Source of the DNA: Paenibacillaceae bacterium
GTDB lineage: Bacteria; Bacillota; Bacilli; Paenibacillales; Paenibacillaceae
Length of the DNA stretch: 64,000 bases
Reading direction: 5' to 3'
Assembly: GCA_036563895.1 (NCBI GenBank)
Contig: DATCLN010000202.1
Coordinates: forward strand, 366 to 64,365
The number at the start of each line of letters is the position of its first letter. The stretch's first letter is position 1. The notes beneath the pieces are model-generated. The model saw only the letters and a list, made by a program, of their open reading frames with translations. It had not been told where the DNA came from and made no database searches. Positions 53,226 to 62,401 of this stretch are shown in pieces. A program made the translations under genes and the position numbers.

Positions 53226-54956
53226 TCAGCGGGCATCGGCCGGCAGCTCGTAGGAGCTTTTGAGCGACACGATCCGGTTGAACACCAGACGCCCGCCGCC
53301 GGAATCTTTGGGGTCCACGTTGAAGTATCCGTGGCGGAAAAACTGGAACTTGTCCTGGGGCTTTGCATCCTTCAGGCCGGGTTCCACGAAGCCGTGCAGG
53401 ATCTCCAGGGATTTGGGGTTGATCCGGCTGAGGAACGACGCGGCCGCATCCGCGTCCTCGCCGGCGTCGCCTTCGGCCTCCCCGTTGTCCGCGACCCCGG
53501 CGCTTTCGTCCAGAATCAGCGGCTCATACAGCCTGAACTCCGCCGGCACCGCGTGGGAAGCCTCCACCCAGTGGATGGTGCCCTTGACCTTGCGGGCGTT
53601 GAAGCCGGTGCCGCTTTTCGTGGCCGGATCATACGTGCAGCGCAGTTCCACGATTTCGCCCGCCTCGTTTTTCACCACTTCCTCGCAGCGGATGAAGTAC
53701 GCGTGTTTCAGGCGCACCTCGTTGCCCGGGAACAGGCGGTGGTATTTCGGCGGCGGATTTTCCATGAAATCCTCGCGCTCGATGTAGATTTCCCGCGAGA
53801 ACGGAATGCGCCGCGTGCCCATTTCCGGATTTTCCGGATTGTTCTCGGCGTCCAGCCATTCGATCTGGCCTTCCGGGTAATTCACGATGACCACCTTGAG
53901 CGGCCGGAGCACGGCCATCGTGCGCGGCGCCTTCAGCTTCAGATCCTCGCGCACGAAGTGCTCCAGCATCCGCCAGTCGACGACGCTGTTGCTTTTGGCC
54001 ACGCCGATCTCGCGGCAGAAGGCGCGGATCGCATCCGGCGTGAAGCCCCTGCGGCGCAGGCCGGCGATGGTCGGCATGCGGGGATCGTCCCAGCCGTCGA
54101 CGATGCCCCGGTCCACCAGCAGCTTGAGGTACCGCTTGCTGAGCACCGTCTGCGTCAGGTTGAGCCGGTTGAATTCATACTGGCGGGGAACCGATTCGAC
54201 TTCACACTCCCGGATCACCCAGTCGTAAAGCGGCCGATGGTCTTCGAATTCCAGGGTGCAGATCGAATGGGTGACCCCCTCGATGGCGTCGCTCAGCGGA
54301 TGGGCGAAATCGTACATCGGGTAGATGCACCATTTGTCCCCGGTGTGGTGGTGCCGGGCGTGGACGATCCGGTACAGCACCGGGTCGCGCAGGTTGATGT
54401 TGGGCGACGCCATATCGATCTTGGCCCGCAGGGTTCTCGAGCCTTCGGGAAATTCCCCTTCGCGCATCCGGCGGAACAGGTCCAGGTTCTCCTCGACGGA
54501 GCGGTCCCGGTACGGGCTGGGGATTCCGGGTTCGGTCAGGGTGCCGCGGGTGCGGCGGATTTCCTCCGGCGACAGATCGCAGACGTACGCCTTGCCCTTG
54601 CGGATGAGGCGAACGGCATATTCGTACATCTGCTCGAAATAGTCCGACGCGAAGCACAGATTGTCCCATTCGTAACCCAGCCAGCGGACGTCCTCCATGA
54701 TCGCCTTCACGTATTCTTCGCTTTCCTTCAGCGGGTTGGTGTCGTCAAAGCGGAGGTTCGTCCGCCCGCCGAATTCGTCGGCCAGATCGAAGTTCAGGCA
54801 AATCGACTTGGCGTGGCCGATGTGCAGGTAACCGTTGGGCTCGGGAGGGAAGCGGGTGACGACTTCCTTCACCCGCCCTGAGGCGACGTCTTCGGCGATG
54901 ATGTTGCGAATAAAGTTCGAGGAGGGGGTTTGCGTTTCCGGCAATTTCGCGCTCAA
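53226..54956 (-). CDS. glnS: Glutaminyl-tRNA synthetase
   Basis: A 576-aa ORF; the TTG start follows GGAAGGA. Motifs: [17 protein letters not shown] (HIGH), [26 protein letters not shown] (KMSKS-equivalent), the anticodon-binding domain IHWV and FQFFRHGYF. Confidence 0.95.
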   Translation of the reverse strand: MSAKLPETQTPSSNFIRNIIAEDVASGRVKEVVTRFPPEPNGYLHIGHAKSICLNFDLADEFGGRTNLRFDDTNPLKESEEYVKAIMEDVRWLGYEWDNLCFASDYFEQMYEYAVRLIRKGKAYVCDLSPEEIRRTRGTLTEPGIPSPYRDRSVEENLDLFRRMREGEFPEGSRTLRAKIDMASPNINLRDPVLYRIVHARHHHTGDKWCIYPMYDFAHPLSDAIEGVTHSICTLEFEDHRPLYDWVIRECEVESVPRQYEFNRLNLTQTVLSKRYLKLLVDRGIVDGWDDPRMPTIAGLRRRGFTPDAIRAFCREIGVAKSNSVVDWRMLEHFVREDLKLKAPRTMAVLRPLKVVIVNYPEGQIEWLDAENNPENPEMGTRRIPFSREIYIEREDFMENPPPKYHRLFPGNEVRLKHAYFIRCEEVVKNEAGEIVELRCTYDPATKSGTGFNARKVKGTIHWVEASHAVPAEFRLYEPLILDESAGVADNGEAEGDAGEDADAAASFLSRINPKSLEILHGFVEPGLKDAKPQDKFQFFRHGYFNVDPKDSGGGRLVFNRIVSLKSSYELPADAR

Positions 54957-55148
54957 GATCCTTCCAACCTTTCCACCACTGGCATGTCCATTTTATTAAT
55001 CATACACAAAACGGCGCCCGCAGATAAGGCCTTTCTCAGGATTCTCATGATTCTCATAAAAAAACCCGTCATTGCGTAACTTTTTCCTATTTCGTATCGT
55101 TATATCAGTTTGAAAAATGTTTTTGAAAAAGGTGTGGGAGGAACGGGC

Positions 55149-55946
55149 ATGTTCGCCAAATTTCGACGGCGGGCGGAGATTCCGCGGCCGGCGGAATCCG
55201 CATCGGACCAACCCCCGCAGCCGTCAACGGCGCCCGGCCTGGCCGGGGATGCGCCGGAGCCGGACGAATCCGGGCCGATTTTGTCCGTCCGCGGCGTGGA
55301 GCGGACCTTCGAGGTGGGCGGCAAGCCCCTCAGGGTGCTCAAGGGGATCGACCTGGATCTGTATCCCCGGCAGCTGGTCATGCTGCGCGGGCGTTCCGGT
55401 TCCGGGAAGACGACCCTGCTTAACCTGATGGGCGGGCTGGACACGCCGACCAGGGGCGAAATCTGGTTTCGCGGGCAGCCCCTCCACGCGTGGGACGACG
55501 ACCGGCGCACGGAGGTCAGGCGGAAGGAGATCGGCTTCATTTTCCAGTCCTACGCGCTGCTTCCGCTTCTGTCGGCCTACGAAAACGTGGAGCTGTCGCT
55601 GAGGATCGCCGGCGTGCCCCGATCCGAATGGAAAAGCCGCGCCACGGCCTGCCTGGAAATGGTCGGACTGGGCAAGCGGATGCACCATCGCCCGTACGAG
55701 CTGTCCGGGGGCGAACAGCAGCGGGTGGCCATCGCCAAAGCCATCGCGCACCGGCCAAGGCTGCTTCTGGCCGACGAGCCGACCGCCGAGGTGGACTCGC
55801 AGATGGCGGCGCAGATCATCGCGATGTTCCGCGAAATCGTCGCCAGGGAGAACATCACCATCTGCATGACCACCCACGATCCCACAATTTTGGAGGTTGC
55901 GGATCATGTCTATGAAATGGCCGACGGGGTTCTTGCCGCCGTCTGA
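55149..55946 (+). CDS. MacB/LolD-type ABC ATP-binding protein 1 (Pro-rich N-terminal tail)
   Basis: ATG 55149 lies 7 nt after GGGAGG. It has Walker A GRSGSGKTTLLN, a Q-loop FIFQSY, signature LSGGEQQRVAIA, Walker B LLLADEPTAEVD and an H-loop TTHD. The first 45 aa are low complexity. Confidence 0.85.
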   Translation: MFAKFRRRAEIPRPAESASDQPPQPSTAPGLAGDAPEPDESGPILSVRGVERTFEVGGKPLRVLKGIDLDLYPRQLVMLRGRSGSGKTTLLNLMGGLDTPTRGEIWFRGQPLHAWDDDRRTEVRRKEIGFIFQSYALLPLLSAYENVELSLRIAGVPRSEWKSRATACLEMVGLGKRMHHRPYELSGGEQQRVAIAKAIAHRPRLLLADEPTAEVDSQMAAQIIAMFREIVARENITICMTTHDPTILEVADHVYEMADGVLAAV

Positions 55947-57027
55947 ACCGAAAGAAGACCGGCGTTTCCGGGCCGGGCGAAAGGCGCCTTTCGCGGTCCG
56001 GTCCGCGCTGGCGGTCCTGCTGGCGCTGCCGCTGCTCCTTGCGGGCTGCAGCCTGCTGCCCGACGAGCCGGAAGAAGAATACCTGGAAGACATCGCCCTC
56101 CCGCAGATTTCCAAAAAACCGGAGTACGAAGTGACCACGCAGACGCTGGAGACCACCGTGACGGGCTCCGGCAGGCTCCTTTCGACACAGGAAACGACGC
56201 TGTACTTCACCCTGGACAACCGCCGGATCAAGCGGCTGTACGTCATGCCCGGCGACTGGGTGGAGGCGGGCCAGCCCGTCGCCGAGCTGGACGTGGACGA
56301 TCTGCGCAACCAGCTGCGCATGCAGCGGCTCGCCTTCCAAAAGGAAGAGCTGGCGATGAAGGAGCTGCTTCGCCGGCGCGACGAGATGGATCCGGTGGAA
56401 TTCGAAACGCAGCGCATCCAGTTTGAAGAAAAACGGCAGGCGCTCGTCGACCTGGAAGAGCAAATCGCCCAGGCGGTCCTGACGGCGCCGTTCGCGGGAA
56501 CCGTCGTCTCGCTGTCCGTGCAGGAAGGCGGGCAGGTGAAGGCGTACGATCCGGTGGCCGTCATCGCCAACGCCCGGGAACTGATCGCGGCCGTTTCCCT
56601 GTCGTCCAGCGACGTGAACAAGGTCGCCCCCGGCATGGAGGTGCGCCTTAACATCAACAACGTCGGCGAACGGATGGGCGTCGTCAAGGCGCTGCCCACG
56701 TCGCAACAAAACTCGGGCGGCTGGCCCTGGGGGCAGCCGCAGCAGCCCGACCGGCTTGACCAGTACTTGCTGGTGGAGGTCAAGGATCTGCCCGACACGG
56801 CCCAGCGCGGCACGCCGCTGACCGCCACGGTGATCCTGAACCGCAAGGAAAACGCCGTCGTCATTCCCCTCGCCGCCCTGCGGACCATCGGCACGCGCAC
56901 CTACGTGCAGGTGGTGGAGCCCGACGGCACCAAGCGGGAAGTGGACGTCCGGGTCGGCCAGCAGACGTCGACCGTCGCCGAAATCCTCGAGGGCCTCGTC
57001 CCCGGGCAAAAAGTAGTGGGAAGGTAG
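55906..57027 (+). CDS. HlyD/MFP-family periplasmic adaptor lipoprotein
   Basis: ATG 55906 lies 9 nt after GGAGG and overlaps the ATPase 1 gene by 41 nt. The lipobox is LLLAGC. It contains a lipoyl-like motif (VMPGDWVEAGQPVAELD), a coiled-coil hairpin, a second lipoyl half (LTAPFAGTVVSLSVQEG) and a beta-barrel C-terminus. Confidence 0.8.
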   Translation: MSMKWPTGFLPPSEPKEDRRFRAGRKAPFAVRSALAVLLALPLLLAGCSLLPDEPEEEYLEDIALPQISKKPEYEVTTQTLETTVTGSGRLLSTQETTLYFTLDNRRIKRLYVMPGDWVEAGQPVAELDVDDLRNQLRMQRLAFQKEELAMKELLRRRDEMDPVEFETQRIQFEEKRQALVDLEEQIAQAVLTAPFAGTVVSLSVQEGGQVKAYDPVAVIANARELIAAVSLSSSDVNKVAPGMEVRLNINNVGERMGVVKALPTSQQNSGGWPWGQPQQPDRLDQYLLVEVKDLPDTAQRGTPLTATVILNRKENAVVIPLAALRTIGTRTYVQVVEPDGTKREVDVRVGQQTSTVAEILEGLVPGQKVVGR

Positions 57028-57030
57028 CCG

Positions 57031-59928
57031 ATGAGCGCACTGATCCGTTTTCTTTTTCGCAAAATGTGGAACACCCGGTGGCTCACGCTGAGCACCTTCG
57101 CCGGGCTGCTCGTGGCGGTGGCGTTCACCGCCAGCATTCCGATGTACGCGGACGGTTCGCTGAAGCGCGTCGTCGCCCAGACGCTGCGCGAACACGAGAC
57201 CGGGCTGCCGGCCGGGGCCCTGCTGTTCCGTTACCAGTCGACGGACGGCAGAACGGACCCCGTCGCCTTCAGCCAGGCGGACCGGTTCATCACCGAAGAA
57301 GTTCCGGAGCGCATCGGCTTTCCCGTTACCGTTGAGCAGCGGGGGCTTACGCTGCGCAGCACGGAAGTGTCGCCGGAAGACCCGTCGAAGGTCGACGCCA
57401 GCCGCACCCGCCGGATGACCATCACCGCCCTGGGCGGCCTGGAAGAACGGGTCGAGCTGGCCGGCGGCAAGTGGTTCGCCGAAGAAGCAGGGGCGGACGG
57501 CACGCTGCAGGCGGTCATGCTGGAAGAAGCGCTGTTCCGCAACGACCTGCACGTTGGCGACGTACTGCTGTACCCCGTCTACGGCGGCCTGAATCTCACG
57601 CTCCGCGTGGAGATCGTCGGTTCCGTCCGGCCGCTGGACATGGCCGATCCTTACTGGTACCAGGGCCTGGACAGCCTGATGAACGCGCTGCTGATCTCCG
57701 AGCGGGTGTTCCTGGACGATCTGGTGGGCAAGCGCGGCATCCCGGTGCAGCTGGCCAGCTGGTACGCCGTGTACGACCTGAGCGAGATCACCACGAGCCG
57801 GCTGACACCCCTCTCCCGCGTCCTGAACCGGGTCGACATCGAGGCGAACAACATCCTGAAAGGCACGCGGGTGGAGATTTCGTTCCGGGACATGCTGGCG
57901 GATTTTCGCCGCGAGAGCGTCCAGCTGCAGACGATGCTGTTTACCCTGGCGGCTCCGATGATCGCCATGGCGTTCTACTTCATCACCATGATCGCCCGCC
58001 AGTCGCTGGAGAACCAGCGCACCGACATCGCGGTGCTGCGCAGCCGCGGCGCCAGCAGGCGGCAGATCATGCTCATCTTCCTGCTGGAAGGGGCCCTGCT
58101 CGGCGGAGCGGCCCTGCTGCTCGGTCCCGCCATCGGCTGGTTCATGGCCAAAAGCATCGGATCCGCCAACGGGTTTCTCGAGTTCGTGAACCGCAAATCG
58201 ATTCCGGTGGGCTTCTCCTCCGACAGCGCGCTGGCCGGGCTGCTGTCGGTGCTGGTGGCCATCGGTGCCGCGGTCATCCCGGCGCTGGTCTACACCCGGG
58301 CCTCCATCGTCGATTACCGGCGCATGCAGGCGCGCAAGGAACGCCCGCCGTTCTGGATGCGCTGGTATCTGGACGTCGTCCTGCTGGGCGTGGCGGCTTA
58401 CGGATGGTACCTGTTCAACGAACGGCAAATGATCTCGTTCCGGACGGGGCTGACCACGGACCAGCTGAACGTGCAGCCGTTCCTGTTTTTCGTGCCGGCG
58501 ATCTTCATTTTCGCCCTCGGCCTTCTGTTCCTGCGGCTGTTCCCGCTGATGCTCAGGCTCATCAGCTGGCTGGCGCGCAGGAAGATGCCGATTCCGTTGT
58601 ACCTCACGGTGACGCAGCTGTCCCGTTCGTCCAAGGTCTATTTTCCGCTCATGATCCTGCTGGTGCTCACCCTCGGGCTCGGGGTTTACAACGCTTCGGC
58701 GGCGCGCACCATCCATCTCAATTCCGAAGAGCGGATCCTGTACAAATACGGAGCGGACGTCATCGTGCAAACCGTCTGGGAGGCTTACCAGGTGAGCACC
58801 CCGTCCGGCGGTTCGCAACAGCCGGGCGGAGGCGGGGGCGGCGGCAGCGGAAGCCCGGGAGGAGGCGGTTCCGGCAGTCCCGGCGGGGGCGGAGGCGGGT
58901 CTCCCCGGGTTCCGTCGCCATCGGGAACCCTTATTTACAACGAGCCGCCGTTTGAGGTGTTCCGGACGCTCCCCGGGGTGCAGCATGCGGCCAAGGTGCT
59001 GCAGACGAAGGCCAGCCTGTCCGTTTCCAACCGGACGGTGGGGCAGGGCATGGTCGTCGGCATCGAAAACGTGGATTTCGCCCGGGTGGCCTGGTTCCGC
59101 AGGGACCTGTACCGAAACCATCCGTTCCAGTATCTGGCCGCGATGGGACGCGTGACCGAAGGGGCCATCATTTCCTCCAATCTTGCGGAACAGCATGAGC
59201 TGAAGACGGGCGACCTGATCACCGCGGTCATCGCCGGCCAGCCCGTGGAATTCGTGATCATCGGCATCGTGCCCTACTGGCCCGCGCAATATCCGGACCA
59301 GCTGCCGTTCCTTGTCGCCAATCTGGGTTACATATACGATCAGGTTCCGATGATCCCTTACGACGTCTGGCTCAACATGGAACCGGGGGCCGACGTGCTG
59401 CCCATCGTGCCGGTGCTCCGGGAACACGGCATCGAAATCGCCTCCATCCAGGACGTGGAGAACGAACTGATCGCCCAAAGCCGGCATCCGGCCCGCGGCG
59501 GCGTGTTCGGCATCCTGAGCCTCGGATTTCTCATCACGGTGATCGTTTCGCTGGCGGGGTACATCATTTTCTGGTTCTTCAATCTGTCCGGCAGGACCGT
59601 CCAGATGGGCGTGCTCCGGGCAACCGGCCTGTTCCGGCGGGAGCTGACCGCCATGCTGCTGCTCGAGCAGGTGTTTACCGCGGGACTGTCCATCGCCGTC
59701 GGCATCCTGACCGGCAAGCTGGCGAGCCTCTTGTTCCTGCCGTTCCTGCAGACCACCGGAAATGCGGCGAACCAGGTCCCGCCGTTCCGGGTGGTGTTCG
59801 AGGCGGTGGACGACATCCGGCTGTACACGGTGGTCGCGGTGATGATGGGCATCGGGGCCGGGCTTCTTGTCGCCCACATCCGCAATCTGCGGGTGCACCA
59901 GGCCGTCAAAATGGGTGAAGAGCGGTAA
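57031..59928 (+). CDS. Large FtsX-family ABC permease (about 10 TM helices, two FtsX modules, two extracytoplasmic domains)
   Basis: A 965-aa ORF. TM1 (WLTLSTFAGLLVAVAFTA) is followed by a loop of about 250 aa and a 3-TM FtsX-like bundle (VLRSRGASRRQIMLIFLLEGALLG). Two linker TMs and a seventh TM follow, then a loop of about 290 aa containing a Gly run. A second 3-TM FtsX bundle ends the protein (VLRATGLFRRELTAMLLLEQVF). Confidence 0.85.
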   Translation: MSALIRFLFRKMWNTRWLTLSTFAGLLVAVAFTASIPMYADGSLKRVVAQTLREHETGLPAGALLFRYQSTDGRTDPVAFSQADRFITEEVPERIGFPVTVEQRGLTLRSTEVSPEDPSKVDASRTRRMTITALGGLEERVELAGGKWFAEEAGADGTLQAVMLEEALFRNDLHVGDVLLYPVYGGLNLTLRVEIVGSVRPLDMADPYWYQGLDSLMNALLISERVFLDDLVGKRGIPVQLASWYAVYDLSEITTSRLTPLSRVLNRVDIEANNILKGTRVEISFRDMLADFRRESVQLQTMLFTLAAPMIAMAFYFITMIARQSLENQRTDIAVLRSRGASRRQIMLIFLLEGALLGGAALLLGPAIGWFMAKSIGSANGFLEFVNRKSIPVGFSSDSALAGLLSVLVAIGAAVIPALVYTRASIVDYRRMQARKERPPFWMRWYLDVVLLGVAAYGWYLFNERQMISFRTGLTTDQLNVQPFLFFVPAIFIFALGLLFLRLFPLMLRLISWLARRKMPIPLYLTVTQLSRSSKVYFPLMILLVLTLGLGVYNASAARTIHLNSEERILYKYGADVIVQTVWEAYQVSTPSGGSQQPGGGGGGGSGSPGGGGSGSPGGGGGGSPRVPSPSGTLIYNEPPFEVFRTLPGVQHAAKVLQTKASLSVSNRTVGQGMVVGIENVDFARVAWFRRDLYRNHPFQYLAAMGRVTEGAIISSNLAEQHELKTGDLITAVIAGQPVEFVIIGIVPYWPAQYPDQLPFLVANLGYIYDQVPMIPYDVWLNMEPGADVLPIVPVLREHGIEIASIQDVENELIAQSRHPARGGVFGILSLGFLITVIVSLAGYIIFWFFNLSGRTVQMGVLRATGLFRRELTAMLLLEQVFTAGLSIAVGILTGKLASLLFLPFLQTTGNAANQVPPFRVVFEAVDDIRLYTVVAVMMGIGAGLLVAHIRNLRVHQAVKMGEER

Positions 59929-59944
59929 GATGGAGGGAAACCGC

Positions 59945-61429
59945 ATGAAACCCGGAGGAGCGATTCGCCGCCGGCTTATCCCCGGTCTTGCCGCGGCGCC
60001 GGCCGGTACGCTGACGGCCGCCTGCAGCCGGGGGGCCGGCGAGCCGGAGGGCCCGAGGCCCCTGCGGATCGGCATCATGTATGGCAGCGCGGACGACGAT
60101 TACCACATCCGTCAGACGCTCACCGACGCCTTCGAGCTGACCATGCAGGGCGCCATTGAAATCGAGATCGTGCCGGCGATCAATTGCGACCAGTACCAGT
60201 TCCTTTCGCCGGAGGAACAGCAGAACCAGCCGGACGTCTACGAAGAGGTCAAGAAACTTCTCACCGGCCCGAATCCGGTGGACGTCATGGTGCTGGATTC
60301 CTCGCTGCTTGCGCTTCTGGCGCGCGACAATCTGCTGGTGCAGCTGGACCCGCTGATGGCCGAAGACAACATCAACAAGGAAGACTTCGTGCCGGCCGTC
60401 ATCGACGCTATCGCGGAAATGGGAGACGGCTTCATCTACGCCCTGACCCCGACCTTCAACCCGTCCGCGCTGTTCTACAACAAGAAGCTGTTCCAGGAAG
60501 CGGGCGTGGAGTTTCCCACCGACCACATGACCTGGGACGACGTGTTCAACCTGGCCCGCCGGCTCAAGCGGGGCGAGGGCAGGGACGCGGTATGGGGATT
60601 CACGTTCAACGAATGGGGCAGCGCCGGAGGCTTCTGGGAGCTGCAACAGTTCGTCCAGCCGCTCAATCTGCGCATGTACGACGACGGCCTCGAGCGGATG
60701 ACGGTCAACAACGACAGCTGGAAAACGGCCTGGGAGACCATTGCGCAATTGTACAAAGACAAAGTCCTGCCGACGGATGAGCTCATGATGGGGGATAAAC
60801 CCGAGGACGGCGTCTGGCATCCGTACATGGACCGGGCGTTCTTCCGCGGCAAGGTCGCCATGGTGCTGGGGAACTACAGCTTCATCAGCGAACTGGTGAA
60901 TTTCAACAACAACGCCGTCCGGCTCCGGGACTGGGGCTTCGAACCCATCGACTGGGACGTGGTGACGGTGCCGTCCCACAGCTCCGCACCGGGCGTCTCC
61001 GGCAACATCCACCTGAGCCAGCTGCTTGCCATCAACGCCAACGCGCAAAACAGGGAAGACGCCTGGACGTACATCAAGTTCATGACCGGCGAGGAATGGG
61101 CGAAACTCGTATCCCGCAGCCCGTGGGAATTGCCGGCCCGCAAGGCGTACATCCGGCCGAGAAGCGGCCTGAGTTACAATATCGAGGCCTTCTATTCCGT
61201 CAAGCCGGCGCCTCCGCGGCCGTATGCCGAACAGAAGCTGGAGCGGGATTACCCGAACGTATGGCGGATCCGGGATATCGGCAAACAGCTGTTCGGGCAG
61301 GTGCTCCAGGGCGAAAAGACGGTGGAGGAAGCGCTGGCGGAATGGGAAAGCCGCGGCAACGACCTGCTGCCGAAGATCAGGGAAAACCCGAACGGTCCCA
61401 TCGAAGGCGTGTTCGACGATTTTTTGTAA
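59945..61429 (+). CDS. SBP family-1-like lipoprotein, paralog 1
   Basis: ATG 59945 lies 6 nt after GGAGGGA, in the frame of ORF 59867..61429. A degenerate lipobox (TLTAAC) is present. SBP-like motifs include LRIGIMYGS, VDVMVLDSS, YALTPTFNPSALFYNKKLFQEAGV and WDDVFNLA. The mature part is collinear with the 62398..63945 product. Confidence 0.8.
   Translation: MKPGGAIRRRLIPGLAAAPAGTLTAACSRGAGEPEGPRPLRIGIMYGSADDDYHIRQTLTDAFELTMQGAIEIEIVPAINCDQYQFLSPEEQQNQPDVYEEVKKLLTGPNPVDVMVLDSSLLALLARDNLLVQLDPLMAEDNINKEDFVPAVIDAIAEMGDGFIYALTPTFNPSALFYNKKLFQEAGVEFPTDHMTWDDVFNLARRLKRGEGRDAVWGFTFNEWGSAGGFWELQQFVQPLNLRMYDDGLERMTVNNDSWKTAWETIAQLYKDKVLPTDELMMGDKPEDGVWHPYMDRAFFRGKVAMVLGNYSFISELVNFNNNAVRLRDWGFEPIDWDVVTVPSHSSAPGVSGNIHLSQLLAINANAQNREDAWTYIKFMTGEEWAKLVSRSPWELPARKAYIRPRSGLSYNIEAFYSVKPAPPRPYAEQKLERDYPNVWRIRDIGKQLFGQVLQGEKTVEEALAEWESRGNDLLPKIRENPNGPIEGVFDDFL
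60017..61419 (+). repeat. 1.4-kb direct repeat, copy 1 (SBP paralog body)
   Basis: This copy aligns without indels to 62470..63872, with a constant offset of 2453 nt at both ends. Long stretches are identical by eye, for example GAAGACTTCGTGCCGGCCGTCATCGACGCTATCGCGGAAATGGGAGACGGCTTCATCTACGCCCTGACCCCGAC. Confidence 0.9.
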
Positions 61430-61504
61430 AAGGCCCGGCGGATGGCCCCGTCCCGCAATCAGAAGGGTTCGCCAGGCCGTATAGTAGGAGAGGAGCGGTA
61501 AGCC

Positions 61505-62401
61505 TTGATCCATTGCGAAGGCCTCGTCAAGATCTACAAAACCGACGACCTGGAAGTGGTGGCCCTGCAGGGTCTCAACCTGACCGTCGAGGCCGGCGAG
61601 ATGATGGCGATCATCGGCAACAGCGGCAGCGGCAAATCCACCCTGCTCAACATCCTCGGCGGACTGGACCGCCCCACGGCCGGACAGGTGCGCGTCGGCA
61701 AATGGGATCTGCTGAAAATCACCGAGGCCGAACTGGTCATGTACAAGCGGGAGACGGTGGGCTTCGTCTGGCAGAACAACGCCCGGAATCTCCTGCCCTA
61801 TCTGACGGCGCTGGAGAACGTCGAAGTGCCGATGATGTTTACGGGCAAAAAGGTGGATCGCGCCTACGCCAGACAGCTGCTGGAGATGGTCGGGCTCAAG
61901 GACCGCATGCACAGCAAGCTGGCCCAGCTGTCCGGCGGGGAACAGCAGCGGGTGGCGATTGCCATCGCCCTGGCGAACCGGCCGAAGCTCCTGCTTGCGG
62001 ACGAACCGACCGGCTCCGTCGACACCGCGACCTCCGATCTGATCATGGACATCTTCCGCCGCTTCAACCGGGAATTCGGCGTGACCATCGTCATCGTCAC
62101 CCACGACCTGGGGCTGGCGAGCAAGGTCGACCGGGTGGTGGCGATCCGCGACGGACTGATCAGCACGGAATTCATCAAGCGCAATGTCCATCTCGATCGG
62201 ACACTGGCTGCGCCGCTTTACGGCCGCAGGGAACTTGAGGAGGTGCATGAAGCGTTTGTCGTCGTCGACCGCGCGGGCCGGCTGCAAATCCCCCGGGAAT
62301 ATTTGCAGGCGCTCGGCATCGGCGACAAGGCCACGTTGGAATTTGACGGGGAGAAGATTCTGATCAAACCCCCGAAAAAAATGGAGGGAGAATCCGCATG
62401 A
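61505..62401 (+). CDS. MacB/LolD-type ABC ATP-binding protein 2 with a C-terminal extension of about 75 aa (AbrB/SpoVT-like motif)
   Basis: The TTG start follows AGGAGAGGAG. It has Walker A GNSGSGKSTLLN, signature LSGGEQQRVAIA, Walker B LLLADEPTGSVD and an H-loop VTHD. The extra C-terminus is VVVDRAGRLQIPREYLQALGIGDKATLEFDGEKILIKP. Confidence 0.85.
   Translation: MIHCEGLVKIYKTDDLEVVALQGLNLTVEAGEMMAIIGNSGSGKSTLLNILGGLDRPTAGQVRVGKWDLLKITEAELVMYKRETVGFVWQNNARNLLPYLTALENVEVPMMFTGKKVDRAYARQLLEMVGLKDRMHSKLAQLSGGEQQRVAIAIALANRPKLLLADEPTGSVDTATSDLIMDIFRRFNREFGVTIVIVTHDLGLASKVDRVVAIRDGLISTEFIKRNVHLDRTLAAPLYGRRELEEVHEAFVVVDRAGRLQIPREYLQALGIGDKATLEFDGEKILIKPPKKMEGESA

Noticed and set aside
54957-55148. 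A search for a T-box leader upstream of glnS (minus strand).
   Set aside because: The spacer is only 192 nt and is shared with a divergent gene. No AGAGA/GNUGCGA, F-box or GGGTGGTACCGCG-like T-box sequence, and no terminator/antiterminator pair, was found on the minus strand.
55855-60078. A 1407-aa minus-strand ORF across the MFP and FtsX permease genes.
   Set aside because: It is antisense to genes with clear motifs, RBSs and membrane topology. The composition is a low-complexity R/G/P/Q/H type. It is a high-GC artefact.
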